DNA of 61,870 bases from Polyangiales bacterium (lineage in GTDB: Bacteria > Myxococcota_A > Polyangia > Polyangiales > Polyangiaceae). The stretch covers positions 1-61,870 of the forward strand of contig JBBRLQ010000040.1 in the NCBI GenBank assembly GCA_038231275.1, read 5' to 3'. The notes beneath the pieces are model-generated. The model did not search any database and was not told the DNA's origin. It worked only from the letters and a program-made list of their open reading frames with translations. Made by a program: the position numbers and the translations under genes. Numbering within the stretch: position 1 is the stretch's first letter; every line of letters begins with the position of its first letter. This document shows positions 39,535 through 50,000 of the stretch, piece by piece.

Positions 39535-40551
39535 ATGCAGAGCGCCCAAGGCCGCCTCGAAGGGGCCCGCACCAAGCACGTAGTGGTCCTCGACGACGAC
39601 GACACCGTCCTGCGCGCTGCCGATCGGCTCCTTTCGAGCGCGGGCTACAAGGTCACGGCGACGGGCGATCCCCGGCGCGCGATGGAGGTGGTCGTCTGCG
39701 AAGGCGCCGACGCGATCGTGTGCGACTTGAACATGCCGCTGATGGGGGGCCACCTCGTCCTGGCGATGCTCTCCCAGTCCGCGCCGCGCGTCGCGCGCGT
39801 GCTGATGACCAGCGAGACCGACTTCGCCCGCATCGCGGGCCTCATGGTGCCGTATTCGGTGCACGCGTTCGTCACCAAGCGGGAGAGCGCGCAGCGCCTG
39901 ATCCCCACCCTCATCGAGCTCCTCGCCGGGCGTCCCGAAGAGAACGAGCTCGCGTTCAGCGAGGAGGCCCGCAGCCTCGCGAAGAGCATCGTACGCGTGC
40001 TCGCCATGCGGAACTACGAGAGCGAAGCCCACTGCATGCGCGTCGCGTCCTGGTCGCGCCGTCTCGCCTCGGCGCTGGGCTTCTCGGCCTCGCGCATGCT
40101 CGACGTCGAGCTCGGCGCGCTCCTCCACGACGTGGGCCAAATCGGCGTCCGCGACGCGGTCCTCCTGAAGCCGAGCGAGCTGACGCACGACGAGTGGGCG
40201 GATCTCCGCAAGCATCCCGATCTCGGCGTGTCGCTCCTCCGCGACGTGCCGGCGCTGCATCGCGCGATCCCGATCGTCCAGTGTCATCACGAGCGCCGCG
40301 ACGGCAAGGGCTACCCGCGAGGCCTCGCCGGCAACGCGATCCCCGTCGACGCCCGCATCTTCCAGATCGTCGACGCCTACGACTCACTCTGCAGCGACCG
40401 GCCGTACCGCGCCGCGAAGAGCGACCAAGAGGCGCGCGCGGTCATCGCCGGCTCGGTCGGCCCGCAGTTCGATCCGGAGGTCCACGCGGCCTTCGAAGCG
40501 CTCCCCGCCGATGAGTGGGCGGCGGTCACGGCCGACATCGCGAAGGGCTGA
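39535..40551 (+). CDS. Response regulator with HD-GYP cyclic-dinucleotide phosphodiesterase domain
   Basis: REC (LDDD..CDLNMP..K); H..RV, LLHD, HP, HHERRDGKGYP, VDAYD, RPYR. Confidence 0.93.
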   Translation: MQSAQGRLEGARTKHVVVLDDDDTVLRAADRLLSSAGYKVTATGDPRRAMEVVVCEGADAIVCDLNMPLMGGHLVLAMLSQSAPRVARVLMTSETDFARIAGLMVPYSVHAFVTKRESAQRLIPTLIELLAGRPEENELAFSEEARSLAKSIVRVLAMRNYESEAHCMRVASWSRRLASALGFSASRMLDVELGALLHDVGQIGVRDAVLLKPSELTHDEWADLRKHPDLGVSLLRDVPALHRAIPIVQCHHERRDGKGYPRGLAGNAIPVDARIFQIVDAYDSLCSDRPYRAAKSDQEARAVIAGSVGPQFDPEVHAAFEALPADEWAAVTADIAKG

Positions 40552-40555
40552 AGCC

Positions 40556-42001
40556 ATGGCCGTCGATCGTTCGGCGCCGCCCGTGGCGGACGGAGAGACC
40601 CGCCAAGAGGTCGCGGCAGGGATCGTCGGCGCGCTCAACGCCGTGATGGGGTTCTCTCAGCTCCTCGCGGTAGACGACGGCGCGCTCGGTCGCGACGAGC
40701 GCGATCGCTACGGCGCGCACGTGCGCGAAGGGACCGCTACGCTGAAGCGATTGGTGCTCGGCCTCCTCGGCGTCGATCCCGCCGCGGCGAGCAAGCGCAG
40801 CTCGGGCAACCACGTCGTCGCGCGCGCATCGCCGGTCGTGCGCGACCTCGAGGAGGCTCCCCTCAACGTCTCCATCGCGCCCACTCCGGAGGCGGTCCCC
40901 GATCGCGCGGTCGTCGTCATCGTCGACGCCGATCTCGCCTGTCGAGAGCTCGTCGTCGCCGACTTGGAGGGTCGCGCGTACGATCTCCGCGCGTTCGCGA
41001 CGTGCAGCGAGGCGCTGGCGTTCACGAAGGTCGCTGCGCCCGATCTCTTCCTGGTCGCGGCCGTCGACCCCGACGCGCACGAAGCGGCGCGCCTCCTCCG
41101 TGACGCGGACGCCTACCTCCCGGTGGTCTTCCTCGCCGACGTCGGCGACGAGAGGGCACGGTCGCGCGCGTTCGAGGCCGGCGCCGAGCAGATCTTGGAA
41201 AAGCCCATCGCGCGCCACGATCTCCGTGCGCGCGCGAAGAACCTGCTGAACCTCCGCAAGAACCAACGCACGCTCGCCGCGCAGAACGAGCGACTCCTAC
41301 GCCTCCAGGCCTTCAAAGACGAGATGGCCGCGCTGATGGTCCACGATCTGAAGAGCCCGCTCTCGGCCATCGCGATGAACCTCGACGTCGCGCTCGGCGG
41401 CCTCCCCGAGGACCCCTCCTCCGACGACGTACGCGGTGCTCTGGAGGACTGCCGCGTCGCGAGCGCGCGCCTCTTTCGCATGATCGCCAACCTGCTCGAC
41501 ATCTCCAAGAGCGAGGACGGGCGCCTCGTCGCGCGGACAGCCCCCGTCGATCTGCGCTCGCTGATCGCCAAGATCGCGCAGGACCACCTGATCGAGGCGA
41601 AGCTCCGCAACGTCCAGCTCGTGTGCGACGGCGAGACCGAGGGGCTCTTCGAGCTGGACGCCGATCTCCTGGGCCGCGTCGTCGAGAACCTCCTCGAGAA
41701 CGGCCTGCGCTACACGCGCCCCGGTGGCCGCCTGCGGGTGACGACGAGGGATCTCGGTGGCCACCTCGAGATCCGCGTCGCCAACGACGGTCCGTCCATC
41801 CCCGACGACGCCCGCGCGCACATCTTCGAGAAATATGGGCAGGCGGCGACGCCTGGCGCGACACGCATCAACCGCGGGCTCGGTCTCTACTTCTGCCGCG
41901 TCGCCGTCGAGGCGCACGGGGGCACGCTCCAGCTCTGCGACGAGCCTGGCATGACGACGTGCTTCTCGGCGCGCGTCCCGCGAATCCTCTTCGCCCACTG
42001 A
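40556..42001 (+). CDS. Atypical hybrid histidine kinase (pseudo-HisKA, pseudo-REC, HisKA, HATPase)
   Basis: VHDLKSPL H-box, NLLENG N-box, NDGPSI, GLGLYFC; degenerate N-terminal modules. Confidence 0.9.
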   Translation: MAVDRSAPPVADGETRQEVAAGIVGALNAVMGFSQLLAVDDGALGRDERDRYGAHVREGTATLKRLVLGLLGVDPAAASKRSSGNHVVARASPVVRDLEEAPLNVSIAPTPEAVPDRAVVVIVDADLACRELVVADLEGRAYDLRAFATCSEALAFTKVAAPDLFLVAAVDPDAHEAARLLRDADAYLPVVFLADVGDERARSRAFEAGAEQILEKPIARHDLRARAKNLLNLRKNQRTLAAQNERLLRLQAFKDEMAALMVHDLKSPLSAIAMNLDVALGGLPEDPSSDDVRGALEDCRVASARLFRMIANLLDISKSEDGRLVARTAPVDLRSLIAKIAQDHLIEAKLRNVQLVCDGETEGLFELDADLLGRVVENLLENGLRYTRPGGRLRVTTRDLGGHLEIRVANDGPSIPDDARAHIFEKYGQAATPGATRINRGLGLYFCRVAVEAHGGTLQLCDEPGMTTCFSARVPRILFAH

Positions 42002-42030
42002 CCACTCGGGGTCGTGGATGGGCGACGCGG

Positions 42031-42939
42031 TTACTCCTTCAGGGCTTCGGCGCCGCCGATGATCTCCATCAGCTCCTTCGTGATCGCCGCCTGACGCGCG
42101 CGGTTGTACACGAGGGTGAGGCGGCCGATCATGTCCTTGGCGTTGCGTGTCGCCGCGTCCATCGCGGTCATCTGCGCGCCGAGGAAGCTTGCGTGGCTCT
42201 CCAGGAGCGCGCGGAAGATGCTGATCTCGACGTACATCGGGACGAGCCGCTCAAGCAAGGCCTGCTGGTTCGGCTCGTAGAGGAACTCGCTCGGCGAGCT
42301 GCCGTCGCGCTTGGCGTCCGCGGCGCCGTCGACTTCCTTCAGCGGGAGCAGCGGCTCGACGACGACCTTCTGGGTCATCGCGCTCTTGAACTCGTTGTAA
42401 ATGAGGTAGATCCCGTCGTAGTCGCCCTTCTCGAAGCGCGGCACGATCCATCCCGCGATGCCGCGCGCCTTCTCGAGGTCGAGGCCGTCGTAGACCTTCA
42501 CCACGTCGTGCGCGATGTTGGCCTTGCGGCGCTGGAGGTATTCGCGCCCCTTGCGGCCGAGGGTCAAGAACTGCACGTCGACGCCGGCGTCGCGCTTCTC
42601 TTTCCACTCGCGCTCGGCGGCCTTGTTGATGTTGGTGTTGAACCCGCCGCAAAGTCCGCGATCGCCGCTCAGGACGACGAGGAGGACCTTCTTCTCCGGT
42701 CGACGCACGAGGAGCGGGTGCAGATCGTTCGAGGCGTCGTGCTCGGCCGCCGCCGCCGTCATCGATGCGGCTACCGAGGCGAGCACGTCGCCCGTCTTCA
42801 CAGCGTACGGGCGCATCGCGACGATGCGCTGCTGCGCGCGGTTGAGGCGGGCGCCGGCGACCATCTTCATGGCGCGCGTGATCTTCTGCGTCGCCTTGAC
42901 GCTGACGATGCGCTTTCGAATGCTCTTGAGAGAAGCCAT
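42031..42939 (-). CDS. atpG: ATP synthase F1 gamma subunit
   Basis: KITRAMKMVA, DRGLCGGFN, RQAAITKELMEIIGGA. Confidence 0.99.
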   Translation of the reverse strand: MASLKSIRKRIVSVKATQKITRAMKMVAGARLNRAQQRIVAMRPYAVKTGDVLASVAASMTAAAAEHDASNDLHPLLVRRPEKKVLLVVLSGDRGLCGGFNTNINKAAEREWKEKRDAGVDVQFLTLGRKGREYLQRRKANIAHDVVKVYDGLDLEKARGIAGWIVPRFEKGDYDGIYLIYNEFKSAMTQKVVVEPLLPLKEVDGAADAKRDGSSPSEFLYEPNQQALLERLVPMYVEISIFRALLESHASFLGAQMTAMDAATRNAKDMIGRLTLVYNRARQAAITKELMEIIGGAEALKE

Positions 42940-42957
42940 CGACGTTGACCGGAACCT

Positions 42958-44610
<1,653 letters not shown>

Positions 44611-44662
44611 GGTCGTGACCTTCTAGGGAATCGGGAGCGGTTGTCGGGGGCCGTGAGGCGGG

Positions 44663-45211
44663 TCAGTTCGTGGGCGTGAGCGCGTTGCGCATCTCGCGGA
44701 GGCGGGACAGGAGTGAGCCGTCGTAGATCGTGTCGCCGATCCGCGTGACGACGCCCGCCAGGAGCGATTCGTCGGTGCGCTTGTCGAGGGCGATCTTCTT
44801 GCCCGTCATCTTCTCGAGCTGGGCGTGGAGGCGCTGGTAGTACGCGTCGGAGAGCGGCGCGGCGCTGATCACCTCGGCGCGCAGCATCCCCTTCTTGAGA
44901 TCGTTCATCTCCTTGAGGACCTGCGCGATGCCGGGAAGAACCCGCATGCGCCGGCGATCGACGAGGAGGAGGAGGGTGTTCTTGGTGGTCGAGCCGACGC
45001 CGAGCTTGTCGCAGACCTCCGCGACGATGGCCTTCTTCGACGCGATCGGGATCAGCGGGTTCTCGACCGCGGCGCGCAGCTCCGGGCTCGCGACGTACGC
45101 CTGCGCGGCGCTGGCGAATTCGGTGACGAGCGTGTCGAGCGTGCCGGTCTCGGTGCCGATCTCGACGAGCGCCTTGGCGTAACGACGGGCGATGTGGACG
45201 TGAAGGCTCAC
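44663..45211 (-). CDS. atpH: ATP synthase delta subunit
   Basis: IARRYAKAL, D.SLLAG...RIGD...DGS; operon position. Confidence 0.96.
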   Translation of the reverse strand: MSLHVHIARRYAKALVEIGTETGTLDTLVTEFASAAQAYVASPELRAAVENPLIPIASKKAIVAEVCDKLGVGSTTKNTLLLLVDRRRMRVLPGIAQVLKEMNDLKKGMLRAEVISAAPLSDAYYQRLHAQLEKMTGKKIALDKRTDESLLAGVVTRIGDTIYDGSLLSRLREMRNALTPTN

Positions 45212-45936
45212 GAGGCACCTCGGGGCGCGGTCGGGCTAGCCTGGCCGGTGGAAGGCGCCGGCTTGCCGAGCGACGCCAGGTACTCGTCGGCCAATCGCTC
45301 GTGGTCGGCCGGCGTGATCTTCTGCTTCAGGATCTCCTCGGCGGCGGCCATCGCGATCTCGACGGTCTCGCGCACGAGGTCCTGCCGCATCTGCTTGGAC
45401 TCTTGCTCGATCTGCTCCTTCGCGTCGCGCGCCATGCGGTCGGCCTTCTCTTCGGCCTCCTTGATGATGCGATCGCGCTCGCCCTTGCCGGCCTCGACGA
45501 GCGAGGCCTTCGTCGTCAGGAGCTCCTCTTCAAGCGACTCGAGCTTCTTCTGGTAGGTCTTGGCGCGGGCCTCGGCCTCCTTCTTCATGCGCTGCGCTTC
45601 TTCGATCTCCTTGGCGATCGACGCGCGGCGGGCCTTGAGGCCCTCGGCGATCGGCTTTTTGCCGAAGAAGTAGAAGATGGCGAGGAGGACCGCGAAGTTG
45701 ATGAGCTGCGAGGCGTAGGGCGCCTGCTCCTTGTTCCCGAAGTCGGCCCAGTTGATGGGCGCGGGGGCGTGGCCGTCATGCCCTTCGTGCGCGGTGGCGT
45801 GGTCCCCACCGTGGTCCGCGCCGTGATCGGCTCCGGCCGGCGCTGCGGCGTGCGGATCGGCGGCGTGATCGCCTCCTGCCGGCGCGGGGGCCGGTGCGGG
45901 CGCGTGATCGGTGCCGTGCGCTTGGAAGAAGGCCAT
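45208..45936 (-). CDS. atpF: ATP synthase b subunit with His-rich N-terminal extension
   Basis: INFAVLL TM followed by a coiled coil; operon position. Confidence 0.92.
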   Translation of the reverse strand: MAFFQAHGTDHAPAPAPAPAGGDHAADPHAAAPAGADHGADHGGDHATAHEGHDGHAPAPINWADFGNKEQAPYASQLINFAVLLAIFYFFGKKPIAEGLKARRASIAKEIEEAQRMKKEAEARAKTYQKKLESLEEELLTTKASLVEAGKGERDRIIKEAEEKADRMARDAKEQIEQESKQMRQDLVRETVEIAMAAAEEILKQKITPADHERLADEYLASLGKPAPSTGQASPTAPRGAS

Positions 45937-46409
45937 CAGTGCACCTCACGGCCGAGGACACGCCCGGCGAGCTCGCGCCCAAGCTGCGCGGCGTCGGTCT
46001 TCAGCTTCGTGCGCGCCGTCGCGACCTCTTCGCTCATGCGTCCGCGCCCCTCCTCTAGAGCCTTGGTGGTGGCGGCGCGCACCTTCCCGAGGATCTCGTT
46101 CTCCGCCTTCACGCCCTCGGCGCGGAGCGTGTCGCGTTCGGCGTTCGCGGAGGTCCGCGCCTTCGCCATCGCGCCCTCGTACTTGGTGAGGGCGCCGGCC
46201 GAGGCCTCGTCGATGTGACGGGCGTCCGTCTTGGCCCCTTGGATGCGTTTCTCGCGCTCTTCGAAGAGCTTGAGCATCGGATCGAACAGCATCGGCTTGA
46301 GGACGAGCCACAAGACGACGAAGAGGACGATTTGGACGGCAATGGGGCCGAGCGCGAAGTCGACTTCGACGCCGCCGGCGCCGGCCGCGAGGAGGACGGG
46401 GCTAGACAT
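45936..46409 (-). CDS. atpF2: ATP synthase b' subunit
   Basis: QIVLFVVLWLVLKPMLFDP...ERE..I.G; operon position. Confidence 0.92.
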   Translation of the reverse strand: MSSPVLLAAGAGGVEVDFALGPIAVQIVLFVVLWLVLKPMLFDPMLKLFEEREKRIQGAKTDARHIDEASAGALTKYEGAMAKARTSANAERDTLRAEGVKAENEILGKVRAATTKALEEGRGRMSEEVATARTKLKTDAAQLGRELAGRVLGREVH

Positions 46410-46581
46410 GGCTTGCGGGGTACAGAGCTAGGTAGGGGCGGGAGGACCGGAAATCCAGGGGGATACCGCGAGGTTTGGGGACGCGGGCCGAGTACCACTC
46501 CGGCCCGGAAATGTCCATGGGGATGGCGGCTTGCGCCCCAGGGGTGCCTAGCGGTCCCGTCCTCCGGATTCGCCGATGTCC

Positions 46582-47562
46582 TCAGCGCGCGCGGCGGATC
46601 GTGGGGCGGTCGCTCCAGGCGTGCGGCGCGGGCGCGTAGCTGCTCTTACGCGGCGGCGGAGGCGGCTCCTCGTACGCCTGCCCATACACGTTCGCGTAGG
46701 CGACTCTGTGCGCGGGGGTCAGCGTCTCGTCCGACTGCGGGCGGCGCGGGGGAGGCATCGGCGCAGGCGTGCGCGGCGGCGCGTACGTGCGCGGCGGCGC
46801 GTAGCCGGGCGGCGGGGGCAGGGGAGTGCCTTGGGGCCGCGCGTGGTTGTACTGACCGCGCGGCGGAGGAATCGTGGGGCGCCTGTTCGTCGGGCCCGGC
46901 GGCAGCGGCGTTTGCGTGCGCGGGAGCGGCGACGGCCTCGGGAGCGGCATCCCGTACGTCGCGGGCGTGTGACGGGGCGGCGTCGCGGCGTAGACCTCGC
47001 GGCTCTGCGATCCGCCATTGGACGGAGGGCGCATCCGCTCGAGCGTCACCGGGTGCAGCTGCACCTTCGCGGTCGCCGTCTCGATCTCCCATTCTTCGCC
47101 CGAATCCGGATCGGGCTCGATGTCGTGCCACACCTCGTCGCGTCGCATGCGGCGCGTGTCGATCTCCCAGAGATCCTCGTCCTCGTCCTCATCCGGGACG
47201 GGGCGCTGGCGCATCCCGCTGTCCCAGTCGTCTCGGACGGTGCTCGGCTGCTCGCCGCGGGTATCGAAGCGCGTGATCGCCGCAGTGCGCACAAGCGTGA
47301 CACGCCCGGTGTCCGGATCGACGCGCGCGAACAGCATCGGCACGCCGACGCGCGGCATCTCGAGGAGGCCGCCCTTCGTCTGAACGTCGAGCGACGCGAC
47401 GTACTGCGCGCCCACGCAGCGCGCGGCCGCCTGCTGGCTCTTTTCCCATTGCCGGTTCTGCGGCTGCGGGGAGGCGTTCGTCGCCACTACCCAGCGGCAA
47501 ACTCCGTTCGCGTCGAGCATGAAGGTGCACGACTCGGTATGGGCGGCGTACGCGATTTCCAC
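46582..47562 (-). CDS. Hypothetical protein with Pro-rich C-terminal half
   Basis: Globular N-terminus (HT..CTFMLD..GVC, RCVGAQYVASLD) and GC-rich codon pattern. Confidence 0.75.
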   Translation of the reverse strand: MEIAYAAHTESCTFMLDANGVCRWVVATNASPQPQNRQWEKSQQAAARCVGAQYVASLDVQTKGGLLEMPRVGVPMLFARVDPDTGRVTLVRTAAITRFDTRGEQPSTVRDDWDSGMRQRPVPDEDEDEDLWEIDTRRMRRDEVWHDIEPDPDSGEEWEIETATAKVQLHPVTLERMRPPSNGGSQSREVYAATPPRHTPATYGMPLPRPSPLPRTQTPLPPGPTNRRPTIPPPRGQYNHARPQGTPLPPPPGYAPPRTYAPPRTPAPMPPPRRPQSDETLTPAHRVAYANVYGQAYEEPPPPPRKSSYAPAPHAWSDRPTIRRAR

Positions 47563-47685
47563 GGGGGTCGGATCCTTGGGCCGGGGGCGGACGGCGGACC
47601 GTACACCTCGGGTTACGATCCCTTAAGCAAGCTTCGGACCGTCCTACATCGGACAAGTGGCTCGAATCTCTTCGGGAAATTCGCG

Positions 47686-47997
47686 CTATTTGCCGGGTTT
47701 TTGGCCGCGCGGCTGGATCTTCGCGTGCCCAGTGGATCCGGATGGACCCGCGCCGCTGCGGTTCGGCGCGTTCGAGTACGCGCGCTGCGGAGCGGTGCGG
47801 CTCACCGCGAGGACGGCGCCGCGCGGCCCGGTCTCGGGATGGACACTCGCGAAGCCCTCTTGCTTGGCGAAGCCTTTGAGATCGCCGCGATGCGCTTCCA
47901 TGTACGCGCTGAAGCGCCCCCAAAACGCGCGCGCCTCGTCGTCCGGGAGCGGTTTGCCGTCGACGAGGACGACGAGCTGCGGCTTGCCGTCGCTCAT
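47686..47997 (-). CDS. Small hypothetical protein
   Basis: Follows bcp after a 4-bp gap; protein-like composition. Confidence 0.7.
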   Translation of the reverse strand: MSDGKPQLVVLVDGKPLPDDEARAFWGRFSAYMEAHRGDLKGFAKQEGFASVHPETGPRGAVLAVSRTAPQRAYSNAPNRSGAGPSGSTGHAKIQPRGQKPGK

Positions 47998-48001
47998 CCG
48001 A

Positions 48002-48664
48002 TCACTTCACGTCGTTCGCGATTTCTTGCGCGTGCGCCGCGACGTCGACCTTGCGATACACCTTCTTCAGCTTGCCGTCGGCGCCGACGACGAACGACTG
48101 GCGCCCCGCGTACCCGTCCTTGAACGGCACGCCGTACGCCGTCGCGAGCTCGCCCTTCGGATCGCTCACGAGGAGGAACGGCAGCTTGTGGTGCTCCGCG
48201 AACGCCTTGTGCGACGCGTCGCTGTCGCCCGACACGCCGATGAGCACGACGCCCTTCTTCTGGAGATCGGCGAACCCATCGCGGAACGCGCACGCCTCCT
48301 TGGTGCAGCCGGGCGTCTCGTCCTTCGGATAGAAATAGACGACGACCGACTTGCCCTTCAGATCGGCGAGATGAATCGCGGTGCCGTCGGATGCGGTCGC
48401 GGAGAAATCGGGCGCGGCCTTGCCGGCGCTGAGATCGGGGACCTGCGAGAGGACCTTGAGCGGAGTCGGCGTCGGACCCGGAGTCGTCGTCGGATCCGGA
48501 GTCGTCGTCGGAGTCGCGATCGGCGTCGGAGTCGGAGTCGCGTTCGGAGTCGGGGTCGCGACCGCGGCCGTGGTCGCGGGATCGGTCGGCACGGCTTCTT
48601 TTCCGCATCCGCCGAGGCTGGTGATGGAAACGCCGAGGAACCCCGCGAGGACGATCGTTCGCAT
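48002..48664 (-). CDS. bcp: Peroxiredoxin (Bcp/PrxQ) lipoprotein with Pro-Thr linker
   Basis: Lipobox LGG-C; APDF, YFYPKDETPGCTKEACAFRD, LPFLLVSD. Confidence 0.92.
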   Translation of the reverse strand: MRTIVLAGFLGVSITSLGGCGKEAVPTDPATTAAVATPTPNATPTPTPIATPTTTPDPTTTPGPTPTPLKVLSQVPDLSAGKAAPDFSATASDGTAIHLADLKGKSVVVYFYPKDETPGCTKEACAFRDGFADLQKKGVVLIGVSGDSDASHKAFAEHHKLPFLLVSDPKGELATAYGVPFKDGYAGRQSFVVGADGKLKKVYRKVDVAAHAQEIANDVK

Positions 48665-48754
48665 GCGCGCGAGCCTACGATGGAGTCGGCGTGCGTGCAC
48701 ATCCCAACGTGCATGAGCTTCGTGTCGGGGCGGTGACGGCGTAGGATGCGACGC

Positions 48755-49996
48755 ATGCCGTCCTCGGTGCATTTCCTCGGCGGAGCGCAGAGCGATTTCG
48801 CGCGCAACGTCGCGCGCGAGGGGAACGAGCTCGCCCATCTGGTGCGGGAGGTGACGCTGGCAGCGCTCGCTGACGCGCGGCTCGAGCTCGCGGACGTCCA
48901 GAGCATCCACGTCGGCAACGCGTTCGGTGAGCTCTTCACCGGGCAGGCGCAGATGGGCGCGCTGCCGGCGACCATGCTTCCGGAGCTCGAAGGGATCCCG
49001 GCGTCGCGGCACGAGGGCGCGTGCGCGTCGGGGAGCCTCGCGGTGCTCGCGGCGTCGGCGGAGATCGAGGCGGGCCGCTACGAGTGCGTGCTCGTCGTCG
49101 GCGCCGAGCAAGAGCGCAACGTCCCGGGCGAGATCGCGGCTCGGCACCTCGGCACGGCGGCATGGACCGGACACGAATACGAAGGCGCCCGCTACGTGTG
49201 GCCGCACGCCTTCTCGCAGATCACCGACGCGCTCCATGTGCGATCGCCAGGTGGGCCGACGCGCGCGCACCTCAAGGCCATCGCGCAGAAGAATTTCGCG
49301 AACGCGAAGAAGAACCCGTTCGCGCAGACGCGCGGGTGGACGTTCGGGCCCCGCTCGTTCGATGACGACGACGAGGCCAACCCGGTGGTGACCGGGCACG
49401 TGCGGCGTCAGGATTGCGGTCAGGTCACCGACGGCGCCGTCGCGATCGTCCTCGCGTCGCGCGCGTTCGCCGAAGCGCACGCGACGCGCACCGGCCAGTC
49501 TCTCGGCGATCTCCCGCGCATGCTCGGGTGGGGACACCGCACCGCGACGCTCTCCCTCGAGGGCAAGCTCGCCCGCGCGGCAGGCTCTCCCTACCTCGTT
49601 CCGCACATGCGCGATGCCGTGACCGACGCGTACCGTCGCGCCGGGATCGCCGGGCCGTTCGATCTCGCGGGCATCGAGACGCACGACTGCTTCACCGTCA
49701 CCGAGTACCTGGCGCTCGATCACCTCGGCATCACCCCGCCCGGCGAAGCGTTCCGCGCGATCGAAGAGCGCACGTGCGAGATGGGCGGCAAGCTGCCGGT
49801 GAACCCGAGCGGCGGCCTCATCGGCCTCGGCCATCCCGTCGGCGCGACCGGCGTGCGCATGGTGCTCGACGCGTGTCGCCAAGTGACGGGACGCGCCGGC
49901 GCCACGCAGGTGCCCGGCGCCACGCGCTTCGGGACGTTGAACATCGGCGGCAGCGCGACGACCATAGTGAGCTTCGTCTGGGGGAGCGAGAGGTAG
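48755..49996 (+). CDS. SCP2-type thiolase family protein
   Basis: EGACASG, QDC.QVTDG, ETHDCF, NPSGGLIG.GHPVGATG. Confidence 0.93.
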   Translation: MPSSVHFLGGAQSDFARNVAREGNELAHLVREVTLAALADARLELADVQSIHVGNAFGELFTGQAQMGALPATMLPELEGIPASRHEGACASGSLAVLAASAEIEAGRYECVLVVGAEQERNVPGEIAARHLGTAAWTGHEYEGARYVWPHAFSQITDALHVRSPGGPTRAHLKAIAQKNFANAKKNPFAQTRGWTFGPRSFDDDDEANPVVTGHVRRQDCGQVTDGAVAIVLASRAFAEAHATRTGQSLGDLPRMLGWGHRTATLSLEGKLARAAGSPYLVPHMRDAVTDAYRRAGIAGPFDLAGIETHDCFTVTEYLALDHLGITPPGEAFRAIEERTCEMGGKLPVNPSGGLIGLGHPVGATGVRMVLDACRQVTGRAGATQVPGATRFGTLNIGGSATTIVSFVWGSER

Positions 49997-50000
49997 CGCA

